A DNA stretch of 64,000 nt from an uncultured bacterium (lineage in GTDB: Bacteria; Edwardsbacteria; AC1; EtOH8). A program made the translations under genes and the position numbers. Location of the stretch: positions 84,158-148,157 of the forward strand of contig CALMGM010000010.1 in NCBI GenBank assembly GCA_937863685.1, written 5' to 3'. Under the pieces are notes generated by a model. The model searched no databases and had not been told where the DNA came from. It saw only the letters and a list, made by a program, of their open reading frames with translations. This document shows, piece after piece, positions 27,063 to 37,001 of the stretch (position 1 is its first letter; each line of letters opens with the position of its first letter).

Positions 27063-29543
27063 ATGAAAGACAATAGGTTCACCGAAAGGACCAAAAGGGT
27101 CCTGTTCATCGCCCGCGAGGAGGCTCGGCGCCTGCAGCACGACTACATAGGCACCGAGCATATCCTGCTGGCCACCCTCCGGGAGGGCGAAGGGGTGGCG
27201 GTGGCGGTGCTTTTGAGCCTGGGCCTCAGCACCGAGCAGATCCGCCGCAAGGTTGAGGAACTGATGCCCAAGGGCGGCGAGACCATTCTGATGGGCGAAC
27301 TGCCCTTCAACCTGTCGGCCCGGCGGGCCATGGAACTGGCGGTGGAGGAGGCCAAGAACCTCCAGCACAACTACGTGGGGACCGAGCACCTGCTGCTGGG
27401 CCTGATGGACGACCAGGAGGGGATAGCCTCCCGGGCCATGGTTTCGCTGGGTCTCAGCATCGAGATGGTGCGCTCCGAGATCCTGCGCCTGCTGTCCACC
27501 GAGCCGGGATCGGCCCCGATGTCCCAGCCGGACGGCCAGGGCAAGACCCCGGCCCTGGATTATTTCTGCCGGGATCTGACCCGGCTGGCCAGGGATGGCA
27601 AACTGGACCCGGTGATCGGACGCGGCCGGGAGATAGAGAGGGTCATCCAGATCCTGTCCCGGCGCAAGAAGAACAATCCCCTGCTGATCGGCGAGGCCGG
27701 GGTGGGCAAGACCGCCATCGTGGAGGGGCTGGCCCAGAAGATAATCAGCGGTGAGGTGCCGGAACCCCTGTTGTCCAAGCGGGTGATGGCCCTGGACCTG
27801 GCCGCGGTGGTGGCCGGGACCAAGTACCGGGGACAGTTCGAGGAGCGGATGAAGGCCCTGATGAACGAACTGCGCCAGACCCAGGAGAACATCATCTTCC
27901 TGGACGAGCTGCATACCATCGTGGGGGCCGGGGGGGCCGAGGGGGCGCTGGACGCCTCCAACATGCTCAAACCGGCCCTGGCCCGGGGGGAGATGCAGTG
28001 CGTGGGGGCCACCACTCTGGACGAATACCGCAAGCACATCGAGAAGGACGGAGCCCTGGAGCGCCGCTTCCAGAGCATCATGGTGGAGGCCCCGTCGGTG
28101 GAGGAGTCGCTCAAGATCCTCAAAGGCCTGCAGGGGAAATACCAGGAGCACCACAAGGTCAAATACAGCGACGACGCCATCGAATCGACGGTCCGGCTAT
28201 CCGACCGCTATATCACCGACCGCTTCCTGCCGGACAAGGCCATCGATGTGCTGGACGAGGCCGGCTCGCGGGCCCGGCTGTCCACTTCCGAACCGCCGGC
28301 CGAGATAAAATTCCTGGAGAGCGAACTAAAGGAACTCAAGTCCCGGAAGGTGGAGGCGGTCAAGGGCCAGGATTACGAAAAGGCCGCCACTTTAAGGGAT
28401 TCGGAGAAGAACAAGCGCAAGGAAATAGAGAGGCTGCGGGAGGCCTGGAAGAAGAGCCGCGACCTGGTGGCGGTGAACATCACCGAGGAGGATATCGCCT
28501 ATGTGATCTCCCGCTGGACCGGGATCCCCATCGTCAAGCTGGAGGAAAAGGAATCCGCCCGGCTGCTGCGGATGGAACAGGACCTGAAAAAGAGGGTGGT
28601 GGGCCAGGACCAGGCCCTGGAGGCCGTCTCCCGGGCGGTGCGCCGCAGCCGGGCCGGCATCCGGGATACCCGCCGCCCCATGGGCTCGTTCATCTTCCTG
28701 GGACCCACCGGAGTGGGCAAGACCGAACTGGCCCGGGCCCTGGCCAGCTTCCTGTTCGGCGATGAGAACGCCCTGCTTAGGGTGGACATGTCGGAATATA
28801 TGGAGAAGTTCGCGGTCTCCCGGATGGTGGGGGCGCCGCCGGGCTATGTGGGTTACGACGAGGGCGGACAGCTGACCGAGAAGATCCGGCGCAAACCCTA
28901 TTCGGTGGTGCTGCTGGACGAGATAGAGAAGGCCCATCCCGACGTGTTCAACATGCTGCTGCAGGTGCTGGAGGACGGCCAGCTGACCGACTCCTACGGC
29001 CGGAAGGTCAGTTTCAAGAACGCGGTGCTGATCATGACCTCCAACCTGGGGGCCCGGGAGATCAAGAAAGGTGTCAGCCTGGGGTTTCAGAGAAACGACC
29101 AGCTGCTGGCCTTCGACCAGATGAAGGACAAGGTGATGTCGGAGCTTAAAAGGACCTTCAACCCGGAATTCCTGAACCGGGTGGACGAGGTGGTGGTGTT
29201 CAATTCACTGGGCCGGCCGGAGATGGACATGATCGTGGACATCCTGATCGGACAACTGTCTCAGCGGCTGAGGGAGAAGGATATCACCATCGGCATCTCG
29301 CCCCGGGCCAAGGAGCTTCTGGTGAACACCGGGTTCGATCCCACCTACGGGGCCCGTCCGCTGCGCCGCACCATTCAGCGGATGGTTGAGGACCCCCTTT
29401 CCCAGGAGATCCTGAAGGGCGACGTCAAGCCGGGGGACCGGGTGTTGATCGAAGCACAGGGAGAGGTGCTGAAATTCACTCCGCAATCCCGGGAAAAGTC
29501 CGAAAAAGCCGTCCGGAAAAAACGCCCTAAGGGGGAAAAGTGA
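27063..29543 (+). CDS. clpC: ATP-dependent Clp protease ATP-binding subunit ClpC (two AAA+ modules, Clp_N repeats, UVR motif)
   Basis: Double Clp_N repeats, two Walker A sites ([16 protein letters not shown]), middle UVR coiled coil ([14 protein letters not shown]), sensor motifs. Confidence 0.9.
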   Translation: MKDNRFTERTKRVLFIAREEARRLQHDYIGTEHILLATLREGEGVAVAVLLSLGLSTEQIRRKVEELMPKGGETILMGELPFNLSARRAMELAVEEAKNLQHNYVGTEHLLLGLMDDQEGIASRAMVSLGLSIEMVRSEILRLLSTEPGSAPMSQPDGQGKTPALDYFCRDLTRLARDGKLDPVIGRGREIERVIQILSRRKKNNPLLIGEAGVGKTAIVEGLAQKIISGEVPEPLLSKRVMALDLAAVVAGTKYRGQFEERMKALMNELRQTQENIIFLDELHTIVGAGGAEGALDASNMLKPALARGEMQCVGATTLDEYRKHIEKDGALERRFQSIMVEAPSVEESLKILKGLQGKYQEHHKVKYSDDAIESTVRLSDRYITDRFLPDKAIDVLDEAGSRARLSTSEPPAEIKFLESELKELKSRKVEAVKGQDYEKAATLRDSEKNKRKEIERLREAWKKSRDLVAVNITEEDIAYVISRWTGIPIVKLEEKESARLLRMEQDLKKRVVGQDQALEAVSRAVRRSRAGIRDTRRPMGSFIFLGPTGVGKTELARALASFLFGDENALLRVDMSEYMEKFAVSRMVGAPPGYVGYDEGGQLTEKIRRKPYSVVLLDEIEKAHPDVFNMLLQVLEDGQLTDSYGRKVSFKNAVLIMTSNLGAREIKKGVSLGFQRNDQLLAFDQMKDKVMSELKRTFNPEFLNRVDEVVVFNSLGRPEMDMIVDILIGQLSQRLREKDITIGISPRAKELLVNTGFDPTYGARPLRRTIQRMVEDPLSQEILKGDVKPGDRVLIEAQGEVLKFTPQSREKSEKAVRKKRPKGEK

Positions 29544-29551
29544 TCACTTGG

Positions 29552-29580
29552 CCAGGCTGGTCTCAACCAGCCTGGTTCCG
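29552..29580 (+). terminator. terminator after clpC
   Basis: Perfect 9-bp stem CCAGGCTGGtctcaaCCAGCCTGG then T-rich run. Confidence 0.55.
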
Positions 29581-29602
29581 TTTATCCGGCAAGTTTTTCA
29601 AT

Positions 29603-29630
29603 TGACGGATATATAGCTGGGTGTTATAAT
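29603..29630 (+). promoter_or_regulatory. candidate promoter TTGACG-17-TATAAT upstream of bamA
   Basis: Hexamers read directly. Confidence 0.4.
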
Positions 29631-29701
29631 TACCATTCGGACCCGAGTGCCAATCCATCGCAAAAGTTCATTCCAAATAAACCCAAAAAAGAAAGACATA
29701 T

Positions 29702-31963
29702 ATGAACCGCGTTTTTTTTCCGGCCCTGATCCTGGCAGTCTCTTTGTTGATCCCGGCCCGCTCGGCCGATGCCGCCATAATATCGGACCTTAAAGTGGAG
29801 GGCAGCCAGCGCATCGACCAGGAAGTGGTGCTCAACGCTTCCGGGCTGCTGCCAGGCGACCAGCTGGATGAAAATGCCCTATCCGAAGCAGTGAAGAAAA
29901 TATACCAGCTGGGTTATTTTTCGGATGTGGCGGTGGCCAGAGATTCATCGGATAACGGATATATCCTGGTGTTTTCGGTGACGGAAAAACCCATAGTGGA
30001 AAGGATAGAATTCCTGGGCAACAAGAAGATCAAATCCGACGGACTGGAGGAAAAGATCGCCCTTAAACCGGGCAGCTTTCTGGATCCCCAATATCTGGCG
30101 CAATCCAAGGATACCATTAAAGCCATGTATATGGAAAAGGGATATTTCAATGCCCAGGTCAACGACACCCTGATAGAATCGGGCAATCGTTACGCGGTCC
30201 GTTTCAAGATAGAGGAAGGCAAAAAGATCCGGGTCAAGAAGATCATCATCAGCGGCAACCAGACCCTCAAGGACAAGGCCGTCATCAAGGCCATGAAGAC
30301 CAAACCCCGGGGGTGGACCCTGGTGTGGAAGGTGATCCCCTGGTTCCGCGGCGGCTCATTCAACCAGGATACCCTGACCCAGGACCTGGACCTGATAACC
30401 CGGCTGTACAAGAATCACGGCCACCTGGAGATAGCCGCCAGACAGGACTCCCTGTCCTACAATCAGAAGATGGACCGGGTGACCGTCCACTTAGAGGTGG
30501 CCGAGGGGCCGCAGTTCCGGATAGGCAAAGTTGAGTTCTCCGGCAACGACAAGATCAATTCCAAAAGGCTGTACCGGATGACCGAGCTCAAGCCGGAAAA
30601 GGTCTTCCGGATAGACGACGCCGACAAGACCCTGGAGAACCTGTTCTCCATTTACACCGAGGAAGGCTACATCTACTGCCACATCGAACCCTTCCAGGAC
30701 CTGCGCGATTCCACGGTGGACGTCACCTACAATATCATCGAGAACAACCCGGCCTACATCAACAAAGTGATCATCGCCGGCAACACCAAGACCCGGGAAA
30801 AGGTGATCCGCCGGGTGCTTACCGTCAAGCCGGGCGAGCTTTTCCGGCGCTCCAAGGTGATGCGAAGCCAGCGGGAGATATTCACCCTGGGCTATTTTGA
30901 GGATGTCCAGCTCAACTACCAGCCGGCCGACACCCTGGGCAACATCGACCTGATCTTCGACGTCAAGGAGAAGACGGTGGGGCAGTTCCAGATCGGGACC
31001 ACCTACGGGGCCACCGACGGCCTGGCCGGATTCGTGCAGATAGGGATCCCCAATTTCCTGGGCCGGGGCCAGCAGGTCAACCTGAAGACCGAGTTCAGCA
31101 ACAAGAAGTTCAACGTCGACCTGGGCTTCACCGAGCCCTGGCTGTTCGACACCCCGACCTCGGTGGGGGTCAACGTCTATCACACCCAATACACCTATTC
31201 CGAGTACATCCAGAAAAAGACCGGCGGCAGCCTGAGCCTGGGGCGCCCCATTCCCTGGCTGGATTACACCCGGGGCTACTGGTCCTACAGCCTGGAGCGG
31301 ATCAATATCACGGATATGTCCGAATCTTTTGCCAAAGCTATGAGCGCCCAGGAATTCCCGTCCATATCATCGAGCACTTCTTTCACGCTTATAAGGGACA
31401 GCCGGGACCGCCCCTTCAACGCCAGCCACGGCACCCGGACGGTGGGATCGGCCAAGTACGCCGGCGGCATCCTGGGGGGCAGGATCAATTTTCAGAAATA
31501 CCTCATGGAATACCGGCACTACCGGCCGCTGTTCTGGAAATTCGTGGGAATGGCCCGGGCCAAGACCGGATTGGTGGACGGCTATACCGATCCCTCCACG
31601 GTGCCGGCTTACGAAAGATTCCGCATCGGCGGCTCGGGCGACGACGGGGTGCGGGGCTATCCCGACCAGAGCATCAACCGGGCCACCTACGGCGGCCGGA
31701 TAATGCTGATCAGCAACCTGGAGGTCAAATACAGTTTCAACCAGAACGTCTACCTGCTGGCCTTTGCCGACGCCGGGAACACCTGGACCCGATACGATAA
31801 GATCCACCCCTCGGTGCTGTACAAAGGGGCCGGGCTGGGGGTGCGGGCCGAGGTTCCGATGCTGGGGGTCCTGGGCCTGGACTGGGGCTGGGGCTTCGAT
31901 TGGGACAAGAACGCGCAGTCCGACAAGTGGCAGCTGCATTTCCAGCTGGGTACTTCATTCTAA
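29702..31963 (+). CDS. bamA: outer membrane protein assembly factor BamA (POTRA domains + Omp85 barrel)
   Basis: Signal peptide, five POTRA-like modules, C-terminal barrel ending …HFQLGTSF. Confidence 0.9.
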   Translation: MNRVFFPALILAVSLLIPARSADAAIISDLKVEGSQRIDQEVVLNASGLLPGDQLDENALSEAVKKIYQLGYFSDVAVARDSSDNGYILVFSVTEKPIVERIEFLGNKKIKSDGLEEKIALKPGSFLDPQYLAQSKDTIKAMYMEKGYFNAQVNDTLIESGNRYAVRFKIEEGKKIRVKKIIISGNQTLKDKAVIKAMKTKPRGWTLVWKVIPWFRGGSFNQDTLTQDLDLITRLYKNHGHLEIAARQDSLSYNQKMDRVTVHLEVAEGPQFRIGKVEFSGNDKINSKRLYRMTELKPEKVFRIDDADKTLENLFSIYTEEGYIYCHIEPFQDLRDSTVDVTYNIIENNPAYINKVIIAGNTKTREKVIRRVLTVKPGELFRRSKVMRSQREIFTLGYFEDVQLNYQPADTLGNIDLIFDVKEKTVGQFQIGTTYGATDGLAGFVQIGIPNFLGRGQQVNLKTEFSNKKFNVDLGFTEPWLFDTPTSVGVNVYHTQYTYSEYIQKKTGGSLSLGRPIPWLDYTRGYWSYSLERINITDMSESFAKAMSAQEFPSISSSTSFTLIRDSRDRPFNASHGTRTVGSAKYAGGILGGRINFQKYLMEYRHYRPLFWKFVGMARAKTGLVDGYTDPSTVPAYERFRIGGSGDDGVRGYPDQSINRATYGGRIMLISNLEVKYSFNQNVYLLAFADAGNTWTRYDKIHPSVLYKGAGLGVRAEVPMLGVLGLDWGWGFDWDKNAQSDKWQLHFQLGTSF

Positions 31964-31991
31964 TCTGTAATTCTTGGGAAGGGGTTTTGAT

Positions 31992-32951
31992 ATGATCAGC
32001 AGATATCACCGGGCGGCAGTTATCCTTTTCCTGGCGGCCATGCTCATGCCAGCCATGGCTTCCGGCCAGAAGGTGGGATATCTGGACTCCAAGGCGGTGT
32101 TCGCCCAGTACCGGGGGGGCGATGACATCCGGCAGGAGATGAACCGGATGATAGAGGGATGGAACAAGGATATCGCCTCCCGGCGCCGGACCATAGACTC
32201 CCTGGAGAAGAGCCTGGAGGAGACCGACCTGGTGATCAGCAGTGAACGGCGCAAGGCCAAAAAAGAGGAGATCTCCCTTAAGAAGCAGGAACTGGAGACA
32301 TTTGTCAAGCAGGCGTTCGATCCGGGCGGGAAAGCCGACCAGAAGAACCGGGAGCTGTCCAAGCCCATGGCCGAAAAGATAGGCAATGTGGTCAAGCGGG
32401 TGGCTCTGGACAACAACCTGCTGATGGTGCTGGATTCGTCGTCGGGGCTGGTGGTCTATGCCTCGAAAGAGCTGGACATCACCGAACAGGTGCTGGAGGA
32501 ATTGGCCAAGGAGGAGGGGATGGCCGCCAAGGTGCTGCCCAGCATCGCCATTTTCCCGGTCTGGGAGCTGGATGCCGAGGCCATAAAGAAAAAGTACGGC
32601 AAACAGGCCCTGGATTACATCTTCGCCGCGCTGGACAAGGGCCAGCAGCTCAAGCCGGTGCCCAAGAAGCAGGTGGAGGACATGGTCAAGGACAAGGGGC
32701 TGTCCAAGTCCGAGGTCAAGGAGGCCCGGGGCCTGGAGATGGCCAAGATACTCAATGCCCGTTACATGACCCTGGGGCAGATCACCCAGAACATGGTCAA
32801 CAACCAGATAACCATCACCGTCAAGATATACAACGTGGAGCGCGACCAGATGATCGCCGAGGAGAGCGAGAGGGTCAACGGTGACGGCGAGCTGGTGGCG
32901 GGCTGTGAAGGGCTGGCGGAAAAAATAAATCAGAGGATATCCCAGCAATGA
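31992..32951 (+). CDS. skp: OmpH/Skp-family periplasmic chaperone with ~150-aa C-terminal extension (ORF opens at 31974)
   Basis: Signal peptide then the Skp-like helical coiled segment (KVGYLDSKAVFAQY…); conserved position between bamA and lpxD; extra C-terminal domain of unknown type. Confidence 0.6.
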   Translation: MISRYHRAAVILFLAAMLMPAMASGQKVGYLDSKAVFAQYRGGDDIRQEMNRMIEGWNKDIASRRRTIDSLEKSLEETDLVISSERRKAKKEEISLKKQELETFVKQAFDPGGKADQKNRELSKPMAEKIGNVVKRVALDNNLLMVLDSSSGLVVYASKELDITEQVLEELAKEEGMAAKVLPSIAIFPVWELDAEAIKKKYGKQALDYIFAALDKGQQLKPVPKKQVEDMVKDKGLSKSEVKEARGLEMAKILNARYMTLGQITQNMVNNQITITVKIYNVERDQMIAEESERVNGDGELVAGCEGLAEKINQRISQQ

Positions 32952-33988
32952 GCGGATATAAAGCCAGCCTGCTGGCCCGGGAATGCGGCGGGCAGCTGCA
33001 GGGGCCGGATGTGGAGCTGACCGGCATGGCCGGCCTTAAAGAGGCCCGGCCCGGGCAGCTCAGCTTTTTAGCCAATCCCAGTTATGCCGAGTTCCTCGGC
33101 ACCACCCAGGCCTCCTGCGTGATCGTGCCCAGGAGCGCTGCGGCAGAGGGCCGGACCCTGATAATATCCGACAATCCCTACCTGAGCTTTGCCAAGGCGC
33201 TGACCTTCTTCTATAATGCCGTCAAGACCAGGCCCCTGCCGGGCATTCATCCCACGGCCGTCATCGACCCCTCGGCCAAGATAGATGCGACGGCTACTGT
33301 CGGGGCCTACGTGGTCATCGAAGCCGGGGCGGCCATCGGGGCCAACACGGTGGTAATGCCCCTGTGCTACATCGGACAGGGCACCAGCATCGGAGAAGAC
33401 TGCCTGATCTATCCCCAGGTTTCCATCAGGGAAGGCTGCCGGATAGGCAGCCGGATCATCATCCACGGCGGGGTGGTGATGGGATCGGACGGATTCGGCT
33501 ACGCCAAGGACGGAGAAAAATATTTCAAGATCCCCCAGGTGGGGAATGTCATCCTAGAGGACGACGTGGAGGTGGGGGCCAATACCGCCATCGACCGGGG
33601 AGCCCTGGGCCCCACCATCGTCAGGCATGGCACCAAGATAGACAACCTGGTGCAGATAGCCCATAATGTCCATATCGGAAAAGACGGAGTTGTTGCCGGG
33701 CAGTCCGGAGTGGCCGGCTCAACCTTCATCGGCGACCGGGTGGTGATGGGCGGGCAGGTCGGCATAATCGGGCACCTGAAGATAGGAGATGACGTAACTT
33801 TTGGCGCCCAATCAGGGGTTCTCAAATCCATCCCCAGCAAGACGGTGGCTTCCGGCTATCCGGCCAAGAAGCATACCGAGGCCCGCCGCCGCGAGGCCAG
33901 CGTGGCCCTGCTCCCGAATTACATCAAGAAGATCAATGCTCTGGAAAAAAGGATAACCGAACTGGAAAAGAAGCTGAAGGACAAATAA
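32948..33988 (+). CDS. lpxD: UDP-3-O-(3-hydroxyacyl)glucosamine N-acyltransferase
   Basis: N-terminal LpxD domain plus long left-handed hexapeptide-repeat region (…IGANTVVMPLCYIGQGTSIGEDCLIYPQVSIREGCRIGSRIII…), C-terminal coiled coil. Confidence 0.9.
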   Translation: MSGYKASLLARECGGQLQGPDVELTGMAGLKEARPGQLSFLANPSYAEFLGTTQASCVIVPRSAAAEGRTLIISDNPYLSFAKALTFFYNAVKTRPLPGIHPTAVIDPSAKIDATATVGAYVVIEAGAAIGANTVVMPLCYIGQGTSIGEDCLIYPQVSIREGCRIGSRIIIHGGVVMGSDGFGYAKDGEKYFKIPQVGNVILEDDVEVGANTAIDRGALGPTIVRHGTKIDNLVQIAHNVHIGKDGVVAGQSGVAGSTFIGDRVVMGGQVGIIGHLKIGDDVTFGAQSGVLKSIPSKTVASGYPAKKHTEARRREASVALLPNYIKKINALEKRITELEKKLKDK

Positions 33989-34036
33989 TAGGACATGGTT
34001 TCGTTGTCAAGACCGTGATATGTAAATCCAAATAAC

Positions 34037-34064
34037 AAGCCCCTCTCCGAAAGGGGAGGGGCTT
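34037..34064 (+). terminator. GC-rich hairpin after lpxD (AAGCCCCTCTCCgaaaGGGGAGGGGCTT)
   Basis: Read directly; member of the GC-hairpin family; followed by a T-rich run. Confidence 0.4.
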
Positions 34065-34117
34065 GTCTTATGAACGAAAATCATTCAATAAAAATACCTT
34101 CCAAGGAGAGACGCACG

Positions 34118-35503
34118 ATGCCGTTGCCGTTTGCCGAACCGTACAAGACCAAAATGGTGGAGCCCATCCGCCGCACCACCCGCCAGGAGAGGGAGAAGCT
34201 GATCGCATCAGCCGGTTACAACCTGTTCAACCTCAAAAGCGAAGATGTGTTCATCGACCTGCTGACCGACTCCGGCACCGGGGCCATGAGCAGCGCCCAG
34301 TGGGCCGAGATAATGCTGGGCGACGAGTCCTACGCCGGAGCCAGCTCCTACTACAAGCTGAAGAATACCATCGAAGAGCTTCTGGGCATGCCCTACTTTC
34401 TGCCCACCCACCAGGGCCGGGCGGCCGAGAATGTGCTTTTTTCGGCGCTTATGGGCATGGAGGCCCCGGACTTCGTAGTCCCCGGCAACAGCCACTTCGA
34501 CACCACCAAGGGCCACATCGAATTCCGCAAGGCCAAGGCCCTGGACTGCACCATCGACGAGGCCTTTGACACCTCTTCCCAGCATCCCTTCAAGGGCAAC
34601 CTGGACCTGAACAAGCTGGAGGAGGTCTTCAAGAAACATCCCAAGGAGAACATCCCGCTGTGCCTGATCACGGTCACCTGCAATTCCTCGGGCGGCCAGC
34701 CGGTGTCGCTGGAGAACATCCGGGCGGTGTCGGCCATGTGCAAGAAGTACGGTATCAGACTGTTCTTCGACGCCGCCCGCTTTGCCGAGAACGCCTACTT
34801 CATCAAAGCGCGCGAGCCGGGGTATGCCGATAAAAGCATCAAGCAGATCGTGAGGGAGATGTTCGATCTGGTTGACGGCTGCACCATGAGCGCCAAAAAG
34901 GACGGCATCGTCAACATTGGAGGATTCATCGCCTTCAGGGACAAGGAACTGTTCGAAAGATCCTGCACCTTCAACATAGTGTTCGAGGGCTACATCACCT
35001 ACGGCGGGATGGCCGGCCGGGACCTGGGAGCTCTCTCAGTAGGCCTGCGTGAGGCCACCGAGTTTGATTACCTGGAATCGCGTATTCGTCAGGTCAGGCT
35101 GCTGGGAGAGAAGCTGATGTCCTGCCGTATACCCATCCAGGAGCCGGTGGGCGGGCACGCCGTGTTCGTGGACGCCAAAAAATTCCTGCCCAATGTTCCC
35201 AAGGAGCAGTACGTGGCCCAGACCCTGGGGGTGGAACTTTACAAGGAGGGCGGAATAAGGGGAGTGGAGATCGGAACTCTTCTAGCCGACCGGGATCCCC
35301 AGACCAGGGAGAACCGCTATCCTGCCCTGGAGCTGCTACGCCTGGCCATTCCGCGCCGGGTCTATAGCGACAACCAGATGCTGTATGTGGTCGAGTGCTT
35401 GAAGAATGTTTATGATCGGAGAGACCAGATCAAAAAAGGCTACGCCATAGTTCACGAGGCGCCGATCATGAGGCACTTCACAGTAGAACTGCGCCCAGTA
35501 TAA
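34118..35503 (+). CDS. tnaA: tryptophanase / tyrosine phenol-lyase family beta-eliminating lyase (PLP-dependent)
   Basis: Near full-length collinear similarity to TnaA (…VFIDLLTDSGTGAMS…, PTHQGRAAE, SAKKDG PLP-lysine region, FDAARFAENAYFIK, RHFTVELRPV); AAGGAGAG RBS; ORF opens earlier at 34070. Confidence 0.85.
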   Translation: MPLPFAEPYKTKMVEPIRRTTRQEREKLIASAGYNLFNLKSEDVFIDLLTDSGTGAMSSAQWAEIMLGDESYAGASSYYKLKNTIEELLGMPYFLPTHQGRAAENVLFSALMGMEAPDFVVPGNSHFDTTKGHIEFRKAKALDCTIDEAFDTSSQHPFKGNLDLNKLEEVFKKHPKENIPLCLITVTCNSSGGQPVSLENIRAVSAMCKKYGIRLFFDAARFAENAYFIKAREPGYADKSIKQIVREMFDLVDGCTMSAKKDGIVNIGGFIAFRDKELFERSCTFNIVFEGYITYGGMAGRDLGALSVGLREATEFDYLESRIRQVRLLGEKLMSCRIPIQEPVGGHAVFVDAKKFLPNVPKEQYVAQTLGVELYKEGGIRGVEIGTLLADRDPQTRENRYPALELLRLAIPRRVYSDNQMLYVVECLKNVYDRRDQIKKGYAIVHEAPIMRHFTVELRPV

Positions 35504-35516
35504 TTTTCATAATGAT

Positions 35517-35545
35517 AAAAGCCCCGCTCAAAGCGGGGCTTTTAT
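35517..35545. terminator. bidirectional terminator between convergent tnaA and ykgJ-like gene
   Basis: AAAAGCCCCGCTcaaAGCGGGGCTTTT, T/A-flanked on both sides. Confidence 0.6.
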
Positions 35546-35550
35546 CATAG

Positions 35551-36201
35551 TTACCTTAAGTCCTTGTCGAAATTCTTTACTGCCGATATTATCATTTGGG
35601 CGGTTTCCTTATTGTTTCGGAGAAGACCTGGCCTTAGAAATACATTGTAGCATTTGATGGCCAGAATTGCGAGCTGGCCGGGGTTGCCAGATACGGACCC
35701 TGCCGGGAAAATCGTGGTGTTTTCTTTTAAAAATTCAGCCGCTGCCATTACAGCCGAATGCTGCCGGCGGTCCAGCTTATCTTTATATTTGAATATCCAT
35801 CGGCGCACTTGCTGATCGACAAGCTTTTTCTCCTTGCCTCCGGCATCTATGCCGGCCGCGGCGAATATCCGGCAGTCATAATTACGGCAGGTTATCGGGC
35901 GGTCTTCATATATTGAACACTGGCCTTCCCGCAGCATAGGGCAGCAACCGTTTTTATCATAACCAAGAACCATATTACCCTTGGGAAGTCCCGGCGCCGG
36001 AAACAACAGTCTGTTGTCTATTCTGGCTATAGTTCCGGTCTCTTCCGGCTTGATATGAATGAATTGCGAAGACCTGCAACAGGCATTGCAATCACCGCAT
36101 TTTACATTGACCCCGGTCTCGTTTTTTAACGCCTTCCGGAAACGGCTCAACCAGGTTGAAAACTGACCGACAGGGAGAGGCTTTGTTTTGCGGCTTTTCA
36201 T
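35551..36201 (-). CDS. YkgJ-family Cys-cluster protein (CxxCxxCC zinc/iron-chelating domain)
   Basis: CGDCNACC motif plus additional Cys pairs (CCPM, CRNYDC). Confidence 0.55.
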   Translation of the reverse strand: MKSRKTKPLPVGQFSTWLSRFRKALKNETGVNVKCGDCNACCRSSQFIHIKPEETGTIARIDNRLLFPAPGLPKGNMVLGYDKNGCCPMLREGQCSIYEDRPITCRNYDCRIFAAAGIDAGGKEKKLVDQQVRRWIFKYKDKLDRRQHSAVMAAAEFLKENTTIFPAGSVSGNPGQLAILAIKCYNVFLRPGLLRNNKETAQMIISAVKNFDKDLR

Positions 36202-36230
36202 TGAAAGGAAATATCTATAAAATAAAACGT

Positions 36231-36980
36231 TTAGATTGAAATATTATCGCCGGCAGATAATTTACCTATGCCGAGTTCATCATAAAATCTGGCCAGAGTG
36301 GAAAGATCTATGCAGTGCATCGGATAGATATGCTTGGGCCGTTCCTTTTTAAAATAACGGATGGTTCCTTCCACCGCTTTCGGATCGTTCTCAAACAGAT
36401 GGAACCCGCCGATCACGGCGAAAAGCTTTTGGCCGGTCACCTGCTTGGCGTGCTGACATATATTGCAGATGCCAGAATGGGAACAGCCGGTGATGACCAC
36501 CGCCCCGTTCCTGGTCTTGATAGCCAGGGCTGAATCGTCAGACATCCGCTTTTCTTTGAACAGCCCTTTTTCAAATCTATTAACCCGGGGGATCTCGCCC
36601 AGATAAAAGACGCCGCGGGATAATTGCAGTGGTTCGGCCGAGGCAATGATCTGGAAATCATTATGTATCTTCCGGGCCTCTTTTGCCGGCAGTTTGGCGA
36701 TCAATTCCGGGTGGACGACCAGGTTCTTTTTCGCTTTGAAACCATGATGCTGCAAGCCGCCTACGTGATCCCAGTGGTGATGCGACAGCACTATGAAATC
36801 TGTCTCATTCAAATCAAGTTTCAATCGTTTGGCATTGTGCCGGTAAACGTCGGTATGACCGGCATCGAAAAGCAGGTTGATATCCTTGGTTTGGAGATAC
36901 AAAGACAAACCCCATTCGGCCAGGCATGATTTGGCGTTTTTATGGCCGGCCTGGTTTTCACAGAGGACTGTTATTTTCAT
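36231..36980 (-). CDS. MBL-fold metallo-hydrolase
   Basis: HHHWDH metal-binding motif (LSHHHWDHVGG) and downstream His/Asp ligands. Confidence 0.65.
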   Translation of the reverse strand: MKITVLCENQAGHKNAKSCLAEWGLSLYLQTKDINLLFDAGHTDVYRHNAKRLKLDLNETDFIVLSHHHWDHVGGLQHHGFKAKKNLVVHPELIAKLPAKEARKIHNDFQIIASAEPLQLSRGVFYLGEIPRVNRFEKGLFKEKRMSDDSALAIKTRNGAVVITGCSHSGICNICQHAKQVTGQKLFAVIGGFHLFENDPKAVEGTIRYFKKERPKHIYPMHCIDLSTLARFYDELGIGKLSAGDNISI

Positions 36981-37001
36981 GACGCAAGAAATATTCGCAG
37001 T

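Noticed and set aside
34063-34569. Overlapping 168-codon ORF at the tnaA 5' end, and the earlier ATG at 34070
   Set aside because: The alternate frame is a GC shadow. The ATG at 34118 has a strong AAGGAGAG RBS and matches the TnaA N-terminus (MPLPFAEPYKTKMVEP…), so the 34070 start was not preferred.
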